Positions 7,592 through 12,766 of a stretch of 12,766 nucleotides of DNA are shown here, piece after piece. This DNA is from Candidatus Woesearchaeota archaeon. GTDB lineage: Archaea; Nanobdellota; Nanobdellia; Nanobdellales; CAZNIQ01. The notes beneath the pieces were generated by a model. It was not told where the DNA came from. It saw nothing but the letters and a program-made list of their open reading frames with translations, and did no database searches. The stretch spans positions 1 to 12,766 of the forward strand of contig CAZNIQ010000021.1 in the NCBI GenBank assembly GCA_964573185.1, read 5' to 3'. Position numbers and translations under genes: made by a program. Position 1 is the stretch's first letter. Each line of letters starts with the position of its first letter.

Positions 7592-8656
7592 CTATTTGCT
7601 AACGAAAAGAGCTTCTATCTTAGGTATAACATAATAAATGTATTTATTCCCTTCCCTTCTCCTTTTTACTAATCCCATATCCATTAATCTCTTAAGAATA
7701 TTGTTCACTGCTCTCAAAGCGTTTTGCCTATCTTTATATTCTGATAAGTCAATGTATTTTAGTATGTCTGAAGTTGCCAATGGACCTTTTGTAGCTAGAA
7801 TCTCTAGTATCTTTCTTTGTTTTGGTGTTAATGAATCCAAGATTCTAAATATATCTTCTTTTGTTCTAAACTTCTCAAAAACAGCCTCTTCCACAACAGT
7901 GTGATCTATTTCCTTTATATTATTTCTAAAAGCATACTCACAAACTTTTGCCGCGATCTTTAAAACTTCCCTTGGCAAACCTCCAGTAATCTCGTGTATC
8001 TTGCTTATAGCTTCTTCCGTAAAGGGTTTTATCCCGTCTCCTCCAGCCTTTTCTATTCTCTTTTTAATTAGCAAATAAACTTCTGTTCTCGATAAAGATC
8101 CTAAAGATACCTTTGTTGTTACCCTTTCATATAAAGTTGTTAGGTTTTCTTTTACGAAGTTTTCAAAATGTGGTAATGCTGCAAAAATAATAGAAACTTT
8201 TTCTATTTGATCTGAAAAAACTCTTAACCATTCTAGAACATCAACATTTGTTTCATGTGCCTCATCAATCAATAAAACTAAATGTCTTCCTTGAAGCTTA
8301 GAATTCACATATTTATGAAGATTATATATAGTTGGCTTTCCTTTAAGAATTCTTTCAAAGAGAGACATTGGGAATTGCTCCAAGAATATATCTCTAAATT
8401 CAAATTTATCCTTAGGCGGTTTAACTAAGTACATCAAGATCTTATTTTCATTTCTATAGTTCTTTAATAAATATTGTAATAGGGTTGTTTTTCCAGATCC
8501 GGTAGGTCCTAAAAGCAAAGCTACTCTTTCCTCTTCATCAATGAAGTTTTTTAATTCGTTTACTTGATTTTCATACCCTACAAATGTATCGGGATCGACT
8601 TTCAATGAAAAGGGATTCTCTTTCCAACCAAAATACTCATAAAAGGTTTTAGCCAT
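7592..8656 (-). CDS. ExeA-like (AAA_22 type) P-loop ATPase with a C-terminal winged-helix DNA-binding domain. Function is unknown.
   Basis: 354 aa. The N-terminal YFGWKENPFS matches the ExeA-family Y-F-G-L-x-E-x-P-F opening. Other matches are Walker A LLGPTGSGKTTLLQYL, Walker B LVLLIDEAHE followed by VLEWLRVFSD, and LSRTEVYLLIKKRIEKAG. The C-terminal LTPKQRKILEILATKGPLATSDILKYI ... LKRLMDMGLVKRRREGNKYIYY looks like a MarR/TrmB-type wHTH. Confidence 0.7.
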   Translation of the reverse strand: MAKTFYEYFGWKENPFSLKVDPDTFVGYENQVNELKNFIDEEERVALLLGPTGSGKTTLLQYLLKNYRNENKILMYLVKPPKDKFEFRDIFLEQFPMSLFERILKGKPTIYNLHKYVNSKLQGRHLVLLIDEAHETNVDVLEWLRVFSDQIEKVSIIFAALPHFENFVKENLTTLYERVTTKVSLGSLSRTEVYLLIKKRIEKAGGDGIKPFTEEAISKIHEITGGLPREVLKIAAKVCEYAFRNNIKEIDHTVVEEAVFEKFRTKEDIFRILDSLTPKQRKILEILATKGPLATSDILKYIDLSEYKDRQNALRAVNNILKRLMDMGLVKRRREGNKYIYYVIPKIEALFVSK

Positions 8657-8669
8657 AAATATATGTGAA

Positions 8670-9743
8670 ATGAAAATGAACTTAAAATTAACTTCACGTG
8701 CAGATTTATATCTTGTTCACGGAAAGGTACCTCATTATCATGAAATGGTTAACCTATCTAGATACATCCTTAAATTAATGATAGAAGATTTAGGATTGGA
8801 TGAAACGGTACGAAGGTTTTCAAATGCAGCATGGTTTCAATGTTTAGCTTCAGTTTTAGGAATGGAATGGTATACTTCTGGTTCTACCACTGTTGTTTTT
8901 AAAGCTCTAAAAGAAGCTTCAATAAAAGAAAATTTACCTATTAAGTTTTTAGGGGGAAAAGGCAAAGATGCAATAAATATTCAAAAAGAAATAGAAAAAT
9001 ATGATCTAGATGGGAAATTTAAAGAAATATCAATAATTACTGTTAAAACTGATAATGCGTTAATACAAGACTCTTTTCAAATATATTTTCACGGAATGAT
9101 TATTGGAGAGAAGGAATATGTTGTTATAAATCAAGGAATGAATGAAAAGGAAAGATTAGTTAGAAGATATCATTGGTTAAGTCCAGAAGATTTTAGAGAA
9201 GATCATTTTAAATCAGAAACTAATAAAGTTACTTTAAATTTAGCACACAGGAAAATAGAGGAAACGAGAAAAGCTATTCTGGATTTATTACAAGAGCCCA
9301 TTGAAAGAATACAAAGATACTTTATTACGGTAAAAAATACTTTGGAAAATAGGACGTTATCTGAATATTTTGAGAACATAAAAATTATAAGGTTACCATA
9401 TTACCTTAAGCTCCCTAAAAAGTTAGATTTAAAAGTAATTGAGAAAGCAAGAGAAGTTATAGAGTTTAAGGAGTTGCTTAAAATAAAAGGATTGGGTCCA
9501 GCAACTTTTAGAGCATTAGCATTAATAGCTTCAATAATTTATGGAGAGCCTTTATATTGGGAAAAACCTGAAATATATTCTTATGCGCACGGAACAAAAT
9601 CTGGAAAACCATACTTTGTTAACAAGAAACTAATGTTAGAAAGCGCTGAAATCCTTAAAGAAATAATAGAAAAACTTCCTAAAGAATATAGAGTAAAAGC
9701 AATGAGAAGATTGGCAAGAACTACTGGGGCCGCCGGGATTTGA
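8670..9743 (+). CDS. DUF763-family protein with a helix-hairpin-helix motif near the C-terminus. Function is unknown.
   Basis: 357 aa. From memory, the N-terminal ADLYLVHGKVPHY ... RRFSNAAWFQCLASVLGMEWYTSGSTTVVFKALKE resembles the conserved DUF763 core (LPLHxGxxP ... WFQ ... DWHSSG-TT ... LKE). IKGLGPATFRALALIA is HhH-like. The last 19 nt overlap the 3' end of the convergent tRNA gene. Confidence 0.65.
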   Translation: MKMNLKLTSRADLYLVHGKVPHYHEMVNLSRYILKLMIEDLGLDETVRRFSNAAWFQCLASVLGMEWYTSGSTTVVFKALKEASIKENLPIKFLGGKGKDAINIQKEIEKYDLDGKFKEISIITVKTDNALIQDSFQIYFHGMIIGEKEYVVINQGMNEKERLVRRYHWLSPEDFREDHFKSETNKVTLNLAHRKIEETRKAILDLLQEPIERIQRYFITVKNTLENRTLSEYFENIKIIRLPYYLKLPKKLDLKVIEKAREVIEFKELLKIKGLGPATFRALALIASIIYGEPLYWEKPEIYSYAHGTKSGKPYFVNKKLMLESAEILKEIIEKLPKEYRVKAMRRLARTTGAAGI

Positions 9744-9830
9744 ACCCGGGACCTCCCGGTCTTCAGCTTCGCCACGGGTAAGGTGCGCCCTTACCCGTAC
9801 GGGCGCTCTCCCGGGCTGAGCTACGGCCCC
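9725..9830 (-). tRNA. tRNA-Phe (anticodon GAA) with a 32-nt intron at non-canonical position 30/31. No CCA is encoded.
   Basis: The minus-strand read is GGGGCCG TA GCTC AGCCCGGGA GAGC G CCCG[intron]G CTGAAGA CCGGG AGGTC CCGGG TTCAAAT CCCGG CGGCCCC A. The acceptor stem has 7 bp, the T arm 5 bp, the D arm 4 bp and the spliced anticodon stem (CCCGG/CCGGG) 5 bp. All of them pair perfectly. The anticodon loop is C-U-GAA-G-A. The mature length is 74 nt with 55 G+C by my hand count. Confidence 0.9.
9768..9799 (-). other. tRNA intron (32 nt) bounded by a bulge-helix-bulge splicing motif
   Basis: The intron is TACGGGTAAGGGCGCACCTTACCCGTGGCGAA. Exon CGCC pairs with intron GGCG to form the 4-bp central helix. 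It is flanked by the 3-nt bulges CG|T and AA|G, and both cleavage sites fall after the second bulge nucleotide. The intron also forms a perfect 10-bp hairpin, ACGGGTAAGG/CCTTACCCGT, with loop GCGCA. Confidence 0.85.
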
Positions 9831-9856
9831 GCTAAAGATTTATTTCTTAGAAAGAA

Positions 9857-9864
9857 ATTTTAAA
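9857..9864 (-). promoter_or_regulatory. Candidate TATA box (TTTAAAAT, preceded by a purine-rich CAAAA BRE-like stretch) for tRNA-Phe
   Basis: On the minus strand TTTAAAAT lies 27-34 nt upstream of tRNA nucleotide +1 (9830). That is the spacing expected for an archaeal promoter giving a very short 5' leader. Confidence 0.45.
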
Positions 9865-9868
9865 TTTT

Positions 9869-9916
9869 GTGATGAAAGGACCGAACGCTGAATATGATGA
9901 GGGAATATTAATCTGA
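9869..9916 (+). ncRNA. C/D box sRNA (guide for 2'-O-methylation) with two 12-nt guides
   Basis: The element order is C box GTGATGA (9869-9875), a 12-nt guide AAGGACCGAACG (9876-9887), D' box CTGA (9888-9891), 2 nt, C' box ATGATGA (9894-9900), a 12-nt guide GGGAATATTAAT (9901-9912), and D box CTGA (9913-9916). All four boxes are perfect and both spacers are exactly 12 nt, which is the canonical archaeal architecture. I see no obvious terminal stem. Confidence 0.75.
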
Positions 9917-10639
9917 TCCGTATAAAAACCTTGCAAGATTCTTTTGTATAATTTTTTTCAATTTATCTATTGGAACGCTCTTTACTTTCGAAATATACTC
10001 CAATGTCAATTCTATTAAACTTGGAGAGAGCTTTAGACCTCTATAATCATAAGGACCATCTGATTCTGTTAGTATATTTTTTAAATCTGCTTTTTTAAGA
10101 ACCTCTTGATGTTTCTTCTGTATTCTAATTGCAGGATTTATTCCAATAAAATACCCTTTTTCTTGAATTTCTTCTAATAAATCTAAAGGTCCAGTATACC
10201 AGTGAAAATAAGCTTTCTTTATATCATATTTCAACAATAAATCAAAAACGTCCCTCCAAGCATCCGGAGCATGAAGATTTAAAGCTAAATCATATTCCTT
10301 AGCTAGCTCTAAAAAATACTTAAAGAATTCCAATTGTTTATCAAATGTTTCAGGAACAAATTTTTTATCTAACCCTATTTCTCCTAAAACTGAAATTTCA
10401 TATTTTTCAACTAACTTTTTTATCTTTTCAAGATCTTCTTTTGAATGCTTATGGACTTCCCATGGATGGATTCCAACAGCAGGAATAATATGTTCATATA
10501 ATAAAGAGAGATGAATTGTTTTATAAGAAGAAGAGATATCATCTGAAACTGCTAACAAAATATATTTATCTTTAGGCCATCTTCTCAATTCAGTTTTTTC
10601 ATATTCATACAAATGCACATGTGCATCTACAATCTTCAT
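9908..10639 (-). CDS. tatD: TatD-family metal-dependent hydrolase/DNase
   Basis: 243 aa. The N-terminus MKIVDAHVHL carries the HxH metal site. Other matches are GIHPW, the GEIGLD motif, LNLHAPDA (His), YFHWYTG (His) and LTESDGPY (Asp). Together these cover the usual TatD amidohydrolase-fold ligand pattern. The ATG overlaps the upstream gene's TGA (ATGA at 10636-10639). Confidence 0.85.
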   Translation of the reverse strand: MKIVDAHVHLYEYEKTELRRWPKDKYILLAVSDDISSSYKTIHLSLLYEHIIPAVGIHPWEVHKHSKEDLEKIKKLVEKYEISVLGEIGLDKKFVPETFDKQLEFFKYFLELAKEYDLALNLHAPDAWRDVFDLLLKYDIKKAYFHWYTGPLDLLEEIQEKGYFIGINPAIRIQKKHQEVLKKADLKNILTESDGPYDYRGLKLSPSLIELTLEYISKVKSVPIDKLKKIIQKNLARFLYGSD

Positions 10640-12681
10640 TTAACTATTAGCTTAGTTACTATTAAAGAAATTACTGCTAAAGCTATATATGGTAATAAAT
10701 CTGTCATTTTTATACCTATTTTGTTATACATGATATATACTTTTGTAATTCTGTCACCTATCCTAGCGTATATTTCTTTTAAACCGGAAGTCTTAGGAAT
10801 AACACTCCTCACCATATATGTATAACCCGTTAAAGTAATGTTCTCACATTTTTCATATTCATTTCTAATGCCATAACAAATTTTTGTCTTAATTGGTATT
10901 TTCGAACTCATTTCGATTTTAATCAGATAAGGGGGCTCCTTTTTTAACAAAGTTATGTTTAAGCTAATATATCTTGTTGCATTTATAATTTTTATTTTAA
11001 ATATTCTGCTTTCATTCAAAAACCTAAAATAAAAAATGTGGGTTCCCTCTATTGTTGGAACCTTTATCTTTATTATTTTGCTCTCCTTCGGTTTTATTAA
11101 GAACTCCCATTCTCCTAAATCAGAGGAGATATTTAATGTTAGTTCCTTACTTAACATATTGTTCACGCGGAAGTTCACAAAAGTTTCATTAGCTACAGCG
11201 TAAATAGTATCTTGTAAAGGTTGGATAATAACTTTCCCAAATTCCCTTGGAATAACCGTAATCAACACCCATCTCGGTCCATAAGAAACATTTAGGACTA
11301 TTTTATGTTCCGGGATTTTAAAAACTAATTCGTAAGAGTTTTTGCCAATATTTCTTATAATACAACTGTAATTTACTTTTAAATTGTATTTTGGACAAAA
11401 ATTGTTAGTTTTAATATAAACAATTGTTTTTATCGTGCTTTGAGGTGTCCCATATATGGGATTTTCATAGAAGATCTTTATTTCACATTCCCTCTTCTCT
11501 ATTTTAAATGCATATAACCTAGGCACCTTTATAACAATGTATTTTCCTTGTTTGACGTATTTTACTTTTTCCCAACCGGATATGCAGGAATCTCCATAAT
11601 TTTTACAAACAAAGACTTCAAAGAAGTCGAAAGGAGTATACAAATAAACTATAGCTTCTTCAAAAGAGAAGTCTGCGGAAAAGTTATAGATAATAGAGTC
11701 ATTTGTTGATCTTAATTTATAATATAATATCAACTTATCTTTTAATTCTGGCGATAGGAAAACAATAGAGAACTCATCAGTAGATACTACTATTTTTGCT
11801 TCCTCTGGTAACATAAACTTATGTTTTACATCTTTTTTATCATATAGAACTTTTCTTTTGAATTCAACTTTTAAATGATAATCTCTATCAAACCCTTCTA
11901 TCCAAAAAGTTGAATTCACAGTATTTATAACACGAACTATTTTACTTTCATTCAAAATCCTTATTATAAGTTTTCCAGGATGTTTTGGGCAATATCTTAT
12001 ACTCCCGCTACCCACAACATTAAAAGTTTCATTATCTATAGTTATATTTACTCTTTCTAGATTAGTTTTGTATGTTATATTGAAACATTCTCCTAAGAAA
12101 ACCTCTTCCGGAACTTCTAATAAAAGAACTTGTGGGTTGTACCTCACATAATAAACTAGAGTTTTATTTATGCACCTAACAGCGTCACAGATTACCCATG
12201 TTATAATATTTCTTCCAACATTTATATTATCTGGAGAAATTCTGTTTCCATAAAATATTTTTCCATTTACGATCGCATATATTTTTGTTATCCTAAAATC
12301 ATCTTCAGCCTCTATCCAAAATGTATAATTGTTTACTGGCAAACTATTGTTTGAAGGATAGAAACCATAAGAAATTATTTTTGGAGGTTCAGAGTCAATA
12401 CATACATGAAAAGTATCTGTTGCCATTCTTCCCACTAGATCAATTGCCTCAACAGTTATGTTATAGCAACCAGAATCCAATTTTATTTCTTTACAATTAA
12501 AAGCTTCCTTTACAGTATTTAAATAATAATAACAAGCTTTTAAACCAGTATCATCAGAAATATTGAATCTAAGAATGGAAGAAGGTAAAATGGTGTTATT
12601 TTGAAAGTATGGTATTATTTTTGGAGGATGAGTATCTATAACAAGAGTAAATATTCCCAAAGCTAAAAGAAGAGGCAACAT
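10636..12681 (-). CDS. Large secreted, C-terminally membrane-anchored, Cys-rich putative surface glycoprotein with no recognisable family
   Basis: 681 aa. It has an N-terminal hydrophobic signal-like segment (MLPLLLALGIFTLVI) and a C-terminal TM anchor (LLPYIALAVISLIVTKLIV). By my hand count it has 21 N-x-S/T sequons and about 15 Cys. Two consecutive roughly 80-aa modules each start with PPKII (aa 19 and aa 99). The first module ends in an Ig-like-domain-style signature, ITVEAIDLVGRMATDTFHVCID. Its start overlaps the upstream stop (TAATG). Confidence 0.7.
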   Translation of the reverse strand: MLPLLLALGIFTLVIDTHPPKIIPYFQNNTILPSSILRFNISDDTGLKACYYYLNTVKEAFNCKEIKLDSGCYNITVEAIDLVGRMATDTFHVCIDSEPPKIISYGFYPSNNSLPVNNYTFWIEAEDDFRITKIYAIVNGKIFYGNRISPDNINVGRNIITWVICDAVRCINKTLVYYVRYNPQVLLLEVPEEVFLGECFNITYKTNLERVNITIDNETFNVVGSGSIRYCPKHPGKLIIRILNESKIVRVINTVNSTFWIEGFDRDYHLKVEFKRKVLYDKKDVKHKFMLPEEAKIVVSTDEFSIVFLSPELKDKLILYYKLRSTNDSIIYNFSADFSFEEAIVYLYTPFDFFEVFVCKNYGDSCISGWEKVKYVKQGKYIVIKVPRLYAFKIEKRECEIKIFYENPIYGTPQSTIKTIVYIKTNNFCPKYNLKVNYSCIIRNIGKNSYELVFKIPEHKIVLNVSYGPRWVLITVIPREFGKVIIQPLQDTIYAVANETFVNFRVNNMLSKELTLNISSDLGEWEFLIKPKESKIIKIKVPTIEGTHIFYFRFLNESRIFKIKIINATRYISLNITLLKKEPPYLIKIEMSSKIPIKTKICYGIRNEYEKCENITLTGYTYMVRSVIPKTSGLKEIYARIGDRITKVYIMYNKIGIKMTDLLPYIALAVISLIVTKLIVK

Positions 12682-12766
12682 TATATTTCTTTCAATCCTG
12701 CATTTTTAACGATTATTTCTCCCTCATTTTCTTTTACAACTTTTTCAAACTCTATCCATATTCTTT
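12681..12766 (-). CDS. 3' end of an upstream minus-strand CDS (27 codons plus stop), unknown product
   Basis: The minus-strand frame is open from the window edge: RIWIEFEKVVKENEGEIIVKNAGLKEI, with stop TAA at 12683-12681 sharing one nucleotide with the next ATG. It is not in the ORF track because its start is outside the window. Confidence 0.4.
   Translation of the reverse strand, partial: RIWIEFEKVVKENEGEIIVKNAGLKEI

Noticed and set aside
7638-7904. Plus-strand 88-aa ORF inside the AAA ATPase gene
   Set aside because: It is an antisense shadow ORF with a low-complexity, hydrophobic translation.
7592-8656. Orc1/Cdc6 replication initiator call for the AAA + winged-helix protein
   Set aside because: The domain order (AAA then wHTH) is superficially similar. 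However, the N-terminal FGWKENPF opening, the LLIDEAHE...VLEWLR segment and the overall length fit ExeA/AAA_22-type ATPases better than Orc1/Cdc6. I saw no origin-like repeats (ORB elements) nearby.
9581-9775. Minus-strand 64-aa ORF (MAKLKTGRSRVQIPAAP...)
   Set aside because: It reads straight through the tRNA-Phe T arm and acceptor stem and then runs antisense to the DUF763 C-terminus. It is an artefact of the GC-rich tRNA lacking stops.
9725-9830. Canonical 37/38 intron or a different anticodon for the tRNA
   Set aside because: Using CCCGT as the 5' anticodon stem gives no U33 and no 7-nt loop, and leaves a T-C mismatch with the 3' strand CCGGG. Only excision of 9768-9799 restores a 5-bp stem and the loop CTGAAGA, and it coincides with a 3-4-3 BHB.
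9842-9858. A 7-bp inverted repeat ATTTCTT-AGA-AAGAAAT in the tRNA/sRNA spacer, as a terminator or operator
   Set aside because: It is a weak, AU-only stem in a hyperthermophile-like context, and it overlaps the candidate TATA elements. It is most simply explained as AT-rich promoter sequence.
10613-10825. Plus-strand 70-aa hydrophobic ORF spanning the tatD/surface-protein junction
   Set aside because: It is antisense to two translationally coupled genes. Its apparent TM-like character comes from the complement of AT-rich codons.
1-12766. CRISPR arrays, IS elements with terminal inverted repeats, integrase/att sites, toxin-antitoxin or known defence gene cassettes
   Set aside because: I saw no regularly spaced direct repeats, no transposase or integrase-like ORFs and no long non-coding stretch. 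The only mobile-type elements are the two inteins. I could not run an exhaustive repeat search by eye.

Overview
This is an AT-rich, very tightly packed archaeal chromosomal segment (roughly 30% G+C by eye, not computed). On the plus strand it holds the tail of an unidentified gene, then flaH/arlH (a KaiC/RecA-like ATPase), then a 1161-codon flaI/arlI. The flaI/arlI gene is interrupted by two inteins. The first is a 454-aa LAGLIDADG intein inside the Walker A P-loop. The second is a 158-aa mini-intein immediately before the His-box, and it ends in Glu-Asp instead of His-Asn. No flaJ follows. Instead a convergent minus-strand block encodes a Rio1-type kinase, aCPSF1 (KH + metallo-beta-lactamase/beta-CASP RNase), the proteasome beta subunit, and an ExeA-like AAA ATPase with a C-terminal winged helix. 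After that come a DUF763-like protein (+) and a GC-rich tRNA-Phe(GAA) (-) with a 32-nt intron at the non-canonical 30/31 position, flanked by a clean 3-4-3 bulge-helix-bulge motif. A C/D box sRNA (+) that no ORF track would show lies 38 nt from the tRNA and is antisense to the 3' end of tatD. The rest of the window holds a TatD hydrolase (-), a 681-aa cysteine-rich, sequon-dense membrane-anchored surface protein (-), and the tail of another minus-strand gene. Start/stop overlaps (ATGA, GTGA, TAATG) and convergent gene overlaps occur throughout. I saw no CRISPR array, IS element or obvious defence island. The most interesting items are the double-intein archaellum ATPase with its atypical second intein, the non-canonical tRNA intron, and the hidden C/D box sRNA. 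The contrast between GC-rich RNA genes and AT-rich coding DNA, the non-canonical intron and the broken archaellum cluster suggest a small-genome hyperthermophilic archaeon (Nanoarchaeota-like or a low-GC crenarchaeal lineage). That taxonomy is inference only.
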